Virus record (IMG/VR): IMGVR_UViG_3300005323_000008
Location: 1 to 49,213 of that record
DNA length: 49,213 nucleotides
From: a virus
Lineage: Duplodnaviria > Caudoviricetes
Reading direction: 5' to 3' (one strand)
Position 1 is the stretch's first letter. Every line of letters begins with the position of its first letter. A model generated the notes under the pieces. It saw only the letters and a list, made by a program, of their open reading frames with translations, did no database searches and had not been told where the DNA came from. The position numbers and the translations under genes were made by a program. Positions 1 through 9,890 of this stretch are shown piece by piece.

Positions 1-123
1 AATATCTTTTACCATTTGAAATTAGTTCATCAAGCGCAAAATCACTCGACCGTTGCTCTATAAATAACATATCTATGTTTCTGTCTAATCTTACAAAATG
101 TTCGTTAACGGCAACAAAATTTC
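1..123. repeat. Terminal direct repeat (circular assembly overlap), copy 1
   Basis: Identical to 49091-49213. Confidence 0.97.
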
Positions 124-283
124 TATTTACATCCTTAAACTCTTTAGTCCAATTTTCATTCCATGAGTTAGCCCAACCTTTCAATAACTTATAAATTATC
201 CCAAACATCCAACCTATCGCACCTATCATCAAAACAATTAGTCCAATTAACGCTTCTGTCGGTAAATGCCTGATAAACTCCAT
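1..283 (-). CDS. Single-TM membrane protein, 5' part of a 114-aa gene spanning the circular junction (lysis-module candidate)
   Basis: ATG at 283 after GGAGGAG; MEFIRHLPTEALIGLIVLMIGAIGWMFGIIY...; frame continues from 49090 to TGA at 49029. Confidence 0.8.
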   Translation of the reverse strand, partial: MEFIRHLPTEALIGLIVLMIGAIGWMFGIIYKLLKGWANSWNENWTKEFKDVNRNFVAVNEHFVRLDRNIDMLFIEQRSSDFALDELISNGKRY

Positions 284-465
284 TACTCCTCCGATTTTTC
301 CCATGCTTCAATAGTTAGGTTTATTAATTCTTGTTCTGTCTTTTGCCAATCCACCTCACTAAAACCCATCGTGAATGTCGGTTTCGTTTTATCTGTCTTA
401 TCAGTTCCTTGAATAATTTTAATCGTTTTTGCTTCGTTATCTTTTTTTACTAAAGTATATTCCAT
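283..465 (-). CDS. Hypothetical protein downstream of tail fibre
   Basis: 60-aa ORF, GAGG RBS, tightly packed in operon. Confidence 0.7.
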   Translation of the reverse strand: MEYTLVKKDNEAKTIKIIQGTDKTDKTKPTFTMGFSEVDWQKTEQELINLTIEAWEKSEE

Positions 466-472
466 ATTAACC

Positions 473-3400
473 TCAAATCTTTGTTAAAATCATGTAAGAA
501 CCCTTCAATACTTTTGTATTAGAGGCGTGTGCTGTGTTTTGCGCCCATTGTAAGGTAAACGTACCTGCTGTGGAACTTGTAAACACTCCACCATCATGGT
601 AGATAACTCCCGCTACACTAGCAGGAAGCATATATGCCTGTGAAGCTGTGGTAATAACGCCAATAGTAGATGCTGGAGTGCCTTCAAAAAAGGTATAAAC
701 CGCATTCATCGTCGTACTCGCTGGAACTGAATATTGCACCTTTATATTTGGAGTTGAATTTGCCGCAGATACCTTTAATACCGTCCTAATTGCATAAGTT
801 GTATTAGCCTCTACCGTTACCGTTAAATGGTCGTCGTCTTGATATGTATTGCTATTATTTACCGTTTCATCTGCTGTTTTAACGGCTTTAAGAATTGTTG
901 CACCACCACTCGGAGTCACAAAAGATAAATTTCCACTTCCATCGGTAGCAATAACTTGATTTGCATCTCCATCGGTAGTTGGTAGGGTAAGGGTATAGTC
1001 GCCAGCCAAAGCGGGAACTTTAATCGAAACAGAGTGGCTTCCTTCATCTGTATCTTCAAAGATTTTAAGAGTACCCGAAGTTGAGGATGTTGCGTTTATA
1101 TTCACCACACCTGCATCGTTGACAACTACCGTTTTGCCCTCAATAGTAACAACTCCAGCAGCAGAACGGGCAAGGGTGGTATCGCTTGCGTGTCCTAATT
1201 CTATCGTTGTAAACTGTGGGGCGGTTAAAGAGGTAAGTATCGCAGTTCCCCCAACTGTCGGCATATTTGTTGACTCAACATCTGTAAACCAACCCTTTGT
1301 AACCCTGTTTGTAGTATCGGCAATAGAACCTGTCATGGTTAAATTGTTTGCTCCCAAAGCTAAACTACCGCCTGCTAAAGTAAGTAAGTTTGCAGAGTGC
1401 GTAAGGGTAACATCTGCCGTATCAGGTGCAGAGGTAAAGGTTATAACTCCACCGTTCCCCAAAAATAAATCACTCCACGCCTTTGTAACTGTACCTAAAG
1501 CGTCTGTATTGTCGGTATCGGAGACTAAAGTAGTGTTTATCGCTACGCTTACGAGGTTGTCTAAAGCTGTTGAAGCTCCACCACCTGCACCGCCTGTAAC
1601 GCCTCTCCAAGTATTTGTACCTGCATCATAAGCTAAAACATATTCATCCGTTACTGCTGTAAGGTCTAAAATCATATCGGTATCGCCTGTTTTTACAGTA
1701 AGTGTTCTATCAGCCGATAAATCTGAACCTGCCGAAACTATTAAATCGTGCGAAGCGTTGGTATCTAAAATATGAAGTCCTGTATTTGGAATTGTAACCA
1801 CACCTGTAAATGTAGGATCTGCTGTTGGGGCTTTATTCCCAAGTTGTGTTTGAACTGCCGAACTTAAACCTTTAACGTAACTTAACTCTGTCAAAGATGG
1901 GTAAGTCGCAACGGGAGCCGAAACTATATTTTTAGAGCCGTCCGTAATTAAAATTTCAGAAGCTGTTAAGTAAGAACCTGTTATAGACGTTGCAAACGTA
2001 GGGGAGGTAGTTGGAGCTTTGCTATTAAATGTTGTCCAATCTGTTGAACTTAAATACCCATTCAAAGAACCAGTTGCCGCCTGTGTTGCAACGGTATGCT
2101 GTGCCGAAGTTAAATGATAATATTCTCCCGCACTCCCGCCATTTAATCCCGCAAGATTATTGTGCATTGTAATTAACGGAGTTTGAAAGTGGGAATATCT
2201 CGCATTACCATTATGAGTGAAATAAACACTTGTAGTATTATTAGATGTACCAAAAACAATTTCACCGAACTTATCGGTAGTGTTTACAGAAATAGTCGGT
2301 TGGACTGTTTGGTGTGCATATTCACCATAGTTAGTAGTTAGATTTGTGATTGTGCCTGTATTGCTACCAAACTGATATTTCCACTTATTATAAGCAACCG
2401 TACTTTCATTTGCGTAAGTAGTCGGTGTTGCTATGGTTACTTCTGTACTTGATGTAAAACCTGTAATCTGATATAACCCCTGTGGAGTCTGTAAATATCC
2501 GCTTAAAAGAACACTTGCGTTTGCATCTCCCGCAACAAAAGGAGTCCCGCTTGAAGCTGTAGCCGTCCTTGAAGTTCCGGTTCCTGTAGTTGTGAGTGTC
2601 CCTGTCCCGACTTCTACAGTGTAAATATTTCTTGTGATTGATGAAACTCTACCCGCCAAAACCGAACTAACAGAGGCGTAAGTGTCAAAAGTCCACACAC
2701 CACCGTCCAATTGAGTACGCCCCAAAGCTGTATCATAGAGAAACGCTTCGCCTAAAACAGTATTACTCACACAATTTATTGTGTCCACTACTTCGGTAGT
2801 TGTAACGGGAATCTTTGTTAACGTATTTACACCATTAACATTATTTGTCCCTGTCCCGATTATAGAGGTATCATCCATAAAAAATTCAATACCAATAGCA
2901 CCTGATTGGAGGATAGGATTTCCATTTACCCATTCGGAGCCGTTATATTTCAAGATATTATCTATTGCGGGTGTGCTTATTGTTACGTCTGATAACTCTG
3001 TAAGTTCTATTGTTGCCGAACCAACCAATCCCAAATTTCCAAGAGCAGTTATTACACTCCCTGTCGGCTGAACTATCGGAGTAGAATTGTAAAAAGCTAA
3101 TTTTTGAGATGTGGCAGTACCTATTTTTGTTCCGGTAGTTGTGTTAAGTGTTATATTATACCCATCACCAATGGTTAAACCAGCACCAAAAATAGGGGAA
3201 CCATTTATTACTGTTTGCGGGGTGGTCTGGTCTAAAAGGAACGCACCTGTTAAACTTGTAAGGTATGTATTTGTGTCTAAAGCAAATGTATTAGCACCTG
3301 TCATTTTGACGAATGAAGCGGAGGCGTAAGTAAGCCCTGAAACAGAAGTAAGATTCAAAGAACCCGCTTGATAACCCGCAGAAGCGTGATTGCCCCAACC

Positions 3401-3799
3401 ATAAGCTGTATCGTAATTTGACTTTAACGCCGTTGTAAGAGCCTCTTGTATAGCATCTAAGGTAGTCTTATTTGAGTGAGTATGCGTGTTTGTGTAAGCC
3501 GTTCCCCAATTAGTCTGCTCTGTTGTTGTGGGGATTACATATCCAGAAGTAAGAGAAAATACACCTGTGGTGTTGGTGTAGGTAAGCCCTGTTGCGGTGC
3601 TTGATAAAGCAGTTAAACCAATTTTAGCGTTTAACGCATTTTGTAAATCGGTCTGGTCGCTTAAAGTCCCCGTTATACTTCCCCAAAGATTACTTGCCGC
3701 ACTTGAATTTACACTGCTCGCATTTAACACAAGTCTTGGGGTAACCGGAGAAGTTATTTTTATTTTATTCGTTCCGCTTGTAAGTTTTAATACACTCAT
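473..3799 (-). CDS. Tail fibre / receptor-binding protein
   Basis: 1108 aa, Thr/Gly/Ser-rich; fibre-type motifs WGSITGTLSDQTDLQ, GYLSSTDWTTFNSK, PTFTG, YTLTLPTTDG..QV..TDGSGNLSF. Confidence 0.85.
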   Translation of the reverse strand: MSVLKLTSGTNKIKITSPVTPRLVLNASSVNSSAASNLWGSITGTLSDQTDLQNALNAKIGLTALSSTATGLTYTNTTGVFSLTSGYVIPTTTEQTNWGTAYTNTHTHSNKTTLDAIQEALTTALKSNYDTAYGWGNHASAGYQAGSLNLTSVSGLTYASASFVKMTGANTFALDTNTYLTSLTGAFLLDQTTPQTVINGSPIFGAGLTIGDGYNITLNTTTGTKIGTATSQKLAFYNSTPIVQPTGSVITALGNLGLVGSATIELTELSDVTISTPAIDNILKYNGSEWVNGNPILQSGAIGIEFFMDDTSIIGTGTNNVNGVNTLTKIPVTTTEVVDTINCVSNTVLGEAFLYDTALGRTQLDGGVWTFDTYASVSSVLAGRVSSITRNIYTVEVGTGTLTTTGTGTSRTATASSGTPFVAGDANASVLLSGYLQTPQGLYQITGFTSSTEVTIATPTTYANESTVAYNKWKYQFGSNTGTITNLTTNYGEYAHQTVQPTISVNTTDKFGEIVFGTSNNTTSVYFTHNGNARYSHFQTPLITMHNNLAGLNGGSAGEYYHLTSAQHTVATQAATGSLNGYLSSTDWTTFNSKAPTTSPTFATSITGSYLTASEILITDGSKNIVSAPVATYPSLTELSYVKGLSSAVQTQLGNKAPTADPTFTGVVTIPNTGLHILDTNASHDLIVSAGSDLSADRTLTVKTGDTDMILDLTAVTDEYVLAYDAGTNTWRGVTGGAGGGASTALDNLVSVAINTTLVSDTDNTDALGTVTKAWSDLFLGNGGVITFTSAPDTADVTLTHSANLLTLAGGSLALGANNLTMTGSIADTTNRVTKGWFTDVESTNMPTVGGTAILTSLTAPQFTTIELGHASDTTLARSAAGVVTIEGKTVVVNDAGVVNINATSSTSGTLKIFEDTDEGSHSVSIKVPALAGDYTLTLPTTDGDANQVIATDGSGNLSFVTPSGGATILKAVKTADETVNNSNTYQDDDHLTVTVEANTTYAIRTVLKVSAANSTPNIKVQYSVPASTTMNAVYTFFEGTPASTIGVITTASQAYMLPASVAGVIYHDGGVFTSSTAGTFTLQWAQNTAHASNTKVLKGSYMILTKI

Positions 3800-4158
3800 T
3801 ATCCCGCCTTTTCCATTATTGTGGCAATGCCTTTCATAAGGTTAGATTTCTTCCCCGCCGTACTTGTTATTTCGAGACAATAAAAGTAAGAGTAACCGCC
3901 TTTTGTGGCTGTTTTAGCGTCTGTTATTGTCCACGTTATTGTGTTTCCTGAACAAGTTATATCTGTTGTATAGGCAAAAGAAATATCAGCCGAACCGTTT
4001 ATATCTCTCCTAAACTCTACTTTAGCACTTGTAAGGTCGAAATCTTTTTCGGTTGTACCATCACTTTCGTATAAGTCTAATAACAAATCATAATCAGTAT
4101 TCTCGTCAAGTTCTAAATCAAGCTCTAAAGCATTATCTAAATTTAATTTTTGTGCCAT
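3799..4158 (-). CDS. Small beta-sandwich fibre-attachment protein (BppU N-terminal-like)
   Basis: 119 aa; DLTSAKVEFR...ITWTI....T...Y.Y.LEI....K..L.KG pattern; directly precedes the fibre. Confidence 0.6.
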   Translation of the reverse strand: MAQKLNLDNALELDLELDENTDYDLLLDLYESDGTTEKDFDLTSAKVEFRRDINGSADISFAYTTDITCSGNTITWTITDAKTATKGGYSYFYCLEITSTAGKKSNLMKGIATIMEKAG

Positions 4159-4159
4159 T

Positions 4160-7100
4160 TTATCTCCACTTCTTTTTCTTTGTCTTAGGAAGGTCTTCCC
4201 TTAATGCGGGAATATTCTTTTGTATGTTTTCAATAAATCCCTCTGCATATCTTTTTTGGGTTTCACCCTTATCGTTTTTGTCTATTTGTGCAGCTATTCT
4301 TGCAACGTCTGGAGGTATGGTCATACTACTTACCAAATCTCCAGCAAAATTAGATGCGGTTTCTGCACTTCTTACGGCTTCCAATACTCTTGCTGGTTGG
4401 TCAATAAACGGTGTCTGTTTAGCTAATCCCATACCAGCTTTCCAAACAGACGAAATTAAACCATCCTCTTTCCGTTTTTTATCATAACTATCTTGCACTC
4501 TTCTTAAAGTTGCGCCTATTTGGAGCATTTCAAGAACCGGAGTATGTACCATAAATTTAGGGACATCTACTCCAAAAATTCTTAAACCGCCAGCCTTGAC
4601 ATCCCCCTTTTCTCTTTTTTCTCCATATTGGTAATATCCGCCTACATTGTCAGCATTTAAATATCCCAATAACATTACAGCACCACCAATAGTTTGCTTC
4701 TTTAATGCTCTAATAACATAATCCGCCTGTTCTGGTGTCAAATTTTCTACGCCTTTATTCGCTATAACCTTTACTAATGCTTTTAACCCACCAATAGCAT
4801 AAGAAGAAGCCTCTATCATGTAATTAGTTGGTACTTTAACGATGGGTAGTAAAATTTGTGTAGTAGCACCCGCAATTTTACCACCCAAACCTTTATTCCT
4901 TAATGCACCCAAAATCTGTCTATGTAAATCATTTATGGCGTTATTATTCATTAGAATGGCTCTGTTTGCATCTACATACGATTCCGCCCCCAATCTTGCT
5001 TGTACTTCGGGATTTGTTATATCCTCTCCATTTCGCAACGCAGATTCAGCACGTTTCTCTAAAGAACGGAAAAATTCTGCTCGTTTTGGCGTTACTTTTA
5101 ATGCCCCATGTAAATGTCCGAAAAATTCTAATGCTTCTGGAGGCAAATCTGATTTTTTACCATATAAATAGTCTAAAGAACTTTTTCCCGTTTTTGCAAC
5201 ATCCCTAATGTCTCTATATGTAGCTCTTTCAAAGAATTGACTTAATGCCTTTGCTTCTGCTTTAACATTTAACGACCCACCCTCTCTCGGTGCTTTTTCT
5301 GCTATCTTAGAGATATATGGTATTTTATTTATACCACTTCCAATGGCTTCTTCTATTGGTGTTGTTATTGTACGCCCTAAAGCCGCCGATGTAAGCTTAC
5401 CTATTGTATTAACGCTTGAAAGAATTACAGCCCTTCTCCATTTAACTGCATAGTCTAACGCCTTTTCAGTTAAATTGCGATTATCATATTTTATTCTATT
5501 AATTATTTGGTTTTTTCTTTCCCTTAATTTCTCAATATCTGCCCTTATTCTATTTCCCTCTTCGTCTAAAGTTATACCCTCTCGTTTTTTGCTTTCTGGT
5601 ATTTGTTTTGTCCTTTCAATTATTTCTACTTCATCTCTTAAAGATTCTAATTGTTTTGTTAATGCTTTTTTACGGTTTTCCAATTTAGCTTCTGGAGAGT
5701 TTTTATCAATTTTATTTTTATTTAATTCCTCTTTATATTTTTCTTGTAATTCAATTAATGTTTCGCTTGGCGTTGTCTTATTGCTTTGCTTTTTTATAAC
5801 TTCTTTACCAGACTGTAAATCTTCAATTTTAGATATTAAAGTAGCCTGTGAACGTACATCGGCAATTTGTTTTGAGATTTCACTACGTCTGTTTTCTGGA
5901 TTGATGCCATATTTACTAATAGCATCTCTTAAATCTCTCTTATTAATATCCCCAAATATATCTTTTAATTCCTTTGCCATAGCGTCAACCAATGCTTCGG
6001 CTGTTAAATATCCCTCATTCACAAGATTTTTTGTTAGTTTAGCGACTATCTTTAGGGCTTCTGGATTTGCAAATGGATTTGCACTTGCCTGTCCGGATGT
6101 AATTTTATAAAGCTCTTTATATAAGTCACTACGTTCAGCTTTTAACTCTTGCTTTGTGTAAGTCCTTTTCGCCTTACGTTGTTCGTAGATATTTTCAACT
6201 TTAAATTGGTCTATTTGTGTTTGTACTTTCTCGTTTACTATCTTATCTGTATATGTTTCATATTCTTTAATTTTATTCTGTAAATCTTTAATCGTACTCT
6301 CTAACCCTGTTTTAATATTTTCTGGTAACTCTTTCCCATTGTTAGCCACTTTGGCTCTCTGCATATTTCTTGCTAAAGAGGCATCTTCCTGAATAAGAAT
6401 TTTCCTAAAATTTAATGCACGACCTAATTCAGCTCCACCATAGAATAATGCTTTGTCGTTTACATCTAAAGCATCTTCAACAACCGCTAATCTTGATTTT
6501 GCCTGTGCTTTAGTCCCTTCGTCGGCGTTTTTAAGTTGATTATATACCACATCATATTCTTTTTCTAAGTCAATTCTACGTTTTGCAAGTGCGGCTTCTT
6601 CTATACTATTGGGTGTTCTCTTATTTTTTACTATGTCTTTTTCTAAAAAAACAGGGTCTATTTCTTTTGTTTCTATTTGCTTGTTGGCTTTATTCCAATC
6701 TTCTCCCCAAGTTTGAGAGGCTTCTTTTTCTAAAAGTTCAACACCTCTAAGATTTCTGGATTTATTAATATCAGTTTGTGTTATACCAGTTAAACCTTCG
6801 GAAGAAATATATTCCCCTTTATCATTCATCTTGCCCGTTGCTCTGTCATAAGCCTCGTTTGCTAACTGTGCATCGAGAGTTTTCTGCTGTGCAATATCAA
6901 AATCCACATCAGTTTTGGTCTGTTTATATGTTTCCTGTGCTTTTTGTGCTTCCTGTTGTTTTTGTGCTTTTGTATCCTCTAAAACTTTTATGGCTTCTGG
7001 ATTACCTTCAATAGAACGTCCTAATTTAATAGCCTCGCCAGCATTTTTTATTTCTGGTATTTTGATTTCCCCGCCTTTTTCAATGCGATTGCCACCGCCT

Positions 7101-7885
7101 GTTTCTGCGGTCTTTTGCCCGATTTCAGGAGTTCTCTGATATTGCTCGATATTACTTTGTTCGATTTTCCCTTCTTTAACGGCATTTTGTACCTCTCTAC
7201 CTTTTGCTAAATCATTTACTTTTTTCATACCAAAAAGAACCGCACCCATATCACCCATTTTTAGTAATTGTTCTTCGGTATAATTTTGTGGTTCAATTCC
7301 TATTGCTTTTGTAATGGTAGAAATAGGGGACATAACTTTTTGTGTTACATCGCCTAATCCTGCCTTTTTTGCTGTTTCCATACCCGCCGTAAACATCGCC
7401 ATCATTGGTACTGCATTTAACGCACCCATAAAGGTTTCTGCACCAGCATTTATCGTGCCTAATAATCCACCAATTAAGTTGCCTTTTTCTGTTTCCTCTC
7501 CTGCTTTCATCAATTCATTAGCAACGTTTACCGGAGTTTTAGCAAGTGTTTTGCTTGGTGCTGTTGCAATATCAAGGGGTATATCCCGCATTGTTTCAAC
7601 CGCTTTTAATGCTAATTTACTTCTTAAATCTAAATCTCTTTCCCTTTGTCCTACTATCGGCGCACCACCTCTATTTTCTCCCAAGATACCACTTACTATC
7701 TTTGTTGCGTCCTCGATATTCATCTCCGAACCCTTTAGAATCTTTCTTGGGTCGCTAAAGACTTCTGTTACAGGAACGGGACGAGAAGATATGCCAACTT
7801 TTTCTTTTTCTTCCGGCTTTACATAACTTTCTTCTGTCTTTCGCCTTTCATCGTAAATTTCTTGTAAAGATTTAACTTTACCCAT
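4160..7885 (-). CDS. Large internal virion (DNA ejection) protein
   Basis: 1241 aa, coiled-coil N half and helical C half; podovirus position after two smaller ejection-like genes. Confidence 0.65.
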   Translation of the reverse strand: MGKVKSLQEIYDERRKTEESYVKPEEKEKVGISSRPVPVTEVFSDPRKILKGSEMNIEDATKIVSGILGENRGGAPIVGQRERDLDLRSKLALKAVETMRDIPLDIATAPSKTLAKTPVNVANELMKAGEETEKGNLIGGLLGTINAGAETFMGALNAVPMMAMFTAGMETAKKAGLGDVTQKVMSPISTITKAIGIEPQNYTEEQLLKMGDMGAVLFGMKKVNDLAKGREVQNAVKEGKIEQSNIEQYQRTPEIGQKTAETGGGNRIEKGGEIKIPEIKNAGEAIKLGRSIEGNPEAIKVLEDTKAQKQQEAQKAQETYKQTKTDVDFDIAQQKTLDAQLANEAYDRATGKMNDKGEYISSEGLTGITQTDINKSRNLRGVELLEKEASQTWGEDWNKANKQIETKEIDPVFLEKDIVKNKRTPNSIEEAALAKRRIDLEKEYDVVYNQLKNADEGTKAQAKSRLAVVEDALDVNDKALFYGGAELGRALNFRKILIQEDASLARNMQRAKVANNGKELPENIKTGLESTIKDLQNKIKEYETYTDKIVNEKVQTQIDQFKVENIYEQRKAKRTYTKQELKAERSDLYKELYKITSGQASANPFANPEALKIVAKLTKNLVNEGYLTAEALVDAMAKELKDIFGDINKRDLRDAISKYGINPENRRSEISKQIADVRSQATLISKIEDLQSGKEVIKKQSNKTTPSETLIELQEKYKEELNKNKIDKNSPEAKLENRKKALTKQLESLRDEVEIIERTKQIPESKKREGITLDEEGNRIRADIEKLRERKNQIINRIKYDNRNLTEKALDYAVKWRRAVILSSVNTIGKLTSAALGRTITTPIEEAIGSGINKIPYISKIAEKAPREGGSLNVKAEAKALSQFFERATYRDIRDVAKTGKSSLDYLYGKKSDLPPEALEFFGHLHGALKVTPKRAEFFRSLEKRAESALRNGEDITNPEVQARLGAESYVDANRAILMNNNAINDLHRQILGALRNKGLGGKIAGATTQILLPIVKVPTNYMIEASSYAIGGLKALVKVIANKGVENLTPEQADYVIRALKKQTIGGAVMLLGYLNADNVGGYYQYGEKREKGDVKAGGLRIFGVDVPKFMVHTPVLEMLQIGATLRRVQDSYDKKRKEDGLISSVWKAGMGLAKQTPFIDQPARVLEAVRSAETASNFAGDLVSSMTIPPDVARIAAQIDKNDKGETQKRYAEGFIENIQKNIPALREDLPKTKKKKWR

Positions 7886-8937
7886 TATTCCTCTATACCG
7901 TGATATGTTCCGGTTCGATAGTATTTTAATAGTTTATAATCGGCTTCGTCTATTTCACCATTTTTCCACCAATCAGCCAAACTCGAACTAAAATCACTTA
8001 AATTTGGTTTCTGATTTTTGCCTTTAACTACTTTACCTTTTTCTTTAATTTCCGTCCCATAAAGTTCTCTTAAAAACTTTTTCCCTTTATCACTAAGCAT
8101 ATTCTTAATTTCACTTGTAAAAGAATCAGAACGTTTCCATAATTCATTCTTTATATCTGATTGATATTGTGTAAGTGGTATTCTGCCTTTCGGGGTGTCG
8201 ATATAAAGACTTTCATCTTCACCTACCTTAACACCTGAAACCTTATTACTTATTCTATTTTTAAGAGCAATAATTTCTTTTTCCTGTTGGTCTAAATCGG
8301 CAAGGGCTTCTTTTTTTAGTTTATTCCCACCGATACCAGACTCTTTAACACTTAAATGTTTTATAACAGATTTAATTGGTTCTGTACCACCTTTTTCATA
8401 AGTTTGAACTTCAACAGGTATCGTATCCGTTGTTGGGTCGTATTTTCCCCTCACTTCTTTCTCAAAAGTAGGCTTCTTATATTTAGGATTTATAATATCA
8501 GTTGGTATAAGTTGTTTTGTTCTTGGGTCTTGTTTCATAACATTTGGCAAATTAGGGTCGTAAATATAAGTAGGTTCTTCTTCTGGTAAAGGCGCACCAC
8601 CTATCTCTACTCTTTCACCTTGTTCGTTTAATCCAAACTGTTTATTTCCCTCTCTGAATACGTTGGAATACTTAACTTCTTTTGGGGCTTTCATCTTTTG
8701 GAATAAACTATAAGCCCGTTGTTCTGGTTGTCCAAGTTGAGAGAATCGTATTCCAACTTCTTCGGGGGTGATATTAGAAGCACCTAATAAGTCTCGTAAA
8801 CCCTGTTGCTGTTGTGCTTTTTCATCAAGTTTAGCCTGTCTAACGGCTTCTTCTTCGGCACTCTCGAAACCTCTTTGATACATTTGTCCAAAAGCCGGAG
8901 TAAACCGTCTTTCAAAACTTCTTAAAAAATCAGCCAT
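7885..8937 (-). CDS. Putative ejection / internal virion protein
   Basis: 350 aa charged and Gln-rich protein; synteny. Confidence 0.5.
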   Translation of the reverse strand: MADFLRSFERRFTPAFGQMYQRGFESAEEEAVRQAKLDEKAQQQQGLRDLLGASNITPEEVGIRFSQLGQPEQRAYSLFQKMKAPKEVKYSNVFREGNKQFGLNEQGERVEIGGAPLPEEEPTYIYDPNLPNVMKQDPRTKQLIPTDIINPKYKKPTFEKEVRGKYDPTTDTIPVEVQTYEKGGTEPIKSVIKHLSVKESGIGGNKLKKEALADLDQQEKEIIALKNRISNKVSGVKVGEDESLYIDTPKGRIPLTQYQSDIKNELWKRSDSFTSEIKNMLSDKGKKFLRELYGTEIKEKGKVVKGKNQKPNLSDFSSSLADWWKNGEIDEADYKLLKYYRTGTYHGIEE

Positions 8938-8949
8938 ATATGCTCCTAA

Positions 8950-9600
8950 TTAGAACCATTTTTTACCTAAAGAAGAACCCAAAGAACCGCCTAAACCACC
9001 TAAAAACATACCGCCTATACCGCCTAAAAGTCCACCCAAACCACCGGAGGATTCTCTTTGGTCTTGTAATGCCGCCGTATCTGTTGTTTGTCCGTACCCC
9101 ATAAGTGCAAGTAAAGCGTTCTGGTCAAGCCCCATTTTCTGTAAGGTCTGTGAGTCGATATTCAGATTAAGCCCCATAAGTTGTTGTAAGGCATTTGTTT
9201 TATAAGACTCATTCTCTCGCATTAAACCTTCCTCAACACCGCCTAAAGCACCCATACGGCTTGCGTCAAGTCCCATTTGAGCCGATGCACCAACACCACT
9301 TCTAAGTAGTCCACTTTGGGCTAAAGATTCCTTTAATCCAAGTGCCGATTTGTTATATCCTGTGTTTACGGCTGTTTGTGCGTTTTGCCTATATGTACCT
9401 AAATTCTCCATGCCTGTTTCAGAACGCTTTTTAAGCAAGTCCTGAATACCGGAGTAATCGGAGAGTCCGCTACCCTCCGATTGTCCGCTTGTCATAGAGT
9501 TATACATACTTTCGGCATCATTGCTCCAACCGCCATACTGTTTACCCAGAAACATTTTTAAGAATCCCTGAGTTGTCGGGTCATTCATGTTAAATGGCAT
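8950..9600 (-). CDS. Putative ejection (pilot) protein
   Basis: Gly/Ser/Gln-rich; LAQSGLLRSGVG motif and hydrophobic GGLGGLLGG C-terminus. Confidence 0.6.
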   Translation of the reverse strand: MPFNMNDPTTQGFLKMFLGKQYGGWSNDAESMYNSMTSGQSEGSGLSDYSGIQDLLKKRSETGMENLGTYRQNAQTAVNTGYNKSALGLKESLAQSGLLRSGVGASAQMGLDASRMGALGGVEEGLMRENESYKTNALQQLMGLNLNIDSQTLQKMGLDQNALLALMGYGQTTDTAALQDQRESSGGLGGLLGGIGGMFLGGLGGSLGSSLGKKWF

Positions 9601-9879
9601 TTATGCCTCCTGTTCAGATTTATCCTCGCTTTTGGCTTCTTCTTGGAAAATAATTTCTTCTTGTCCAACAAAGTTTACTATCTTATTCGGGTCTTTACCG
9701 TTAAGTTTGCAGAACTGATTGATTATGCTATTTGCACTATTTGTAAGTTGTGTAATCGAGTTTTTTGCTACTTCAATTTTTAACTGCGCATTTTCAATAA
9801 CCAACTGATTATTTTGCACTTTTAAGTTGATTTCTGCAATCTGTGTTTTTTCTACTTCTGTTAGCTTCAAGCTATTCAT
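9601..9879 (-). CDS. Small coiled-coil protein after fibre/spike gene (possible chaperone)
   Basis: Start re-assigned to ATG 9879 behind AAGGAG. Confidence 0.6.
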   Translation of the reverse strand: MNSLKLTEVEKTQIAEINLKVQNNQLVIENAQLKIEVAKNSITQLTNSANSIINQFCKLNGKDPNKIVNFVGQEEIIFQEEAKSEDKSEQEA

Positions 9880-9890
9880 TTTGAACTCCT

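Noticed and set aside
1-123. Biological terminal repeat
   Set aside because: It falls in the middle of a continuous ORF, which fits an assembler overlap of a circular or permuted genome better
1119-8589. Plus-strand ORFs antisense to structural genes
   Set aside because: Shadow frames of long minus-strand genes with no RBS or recognisable motifs
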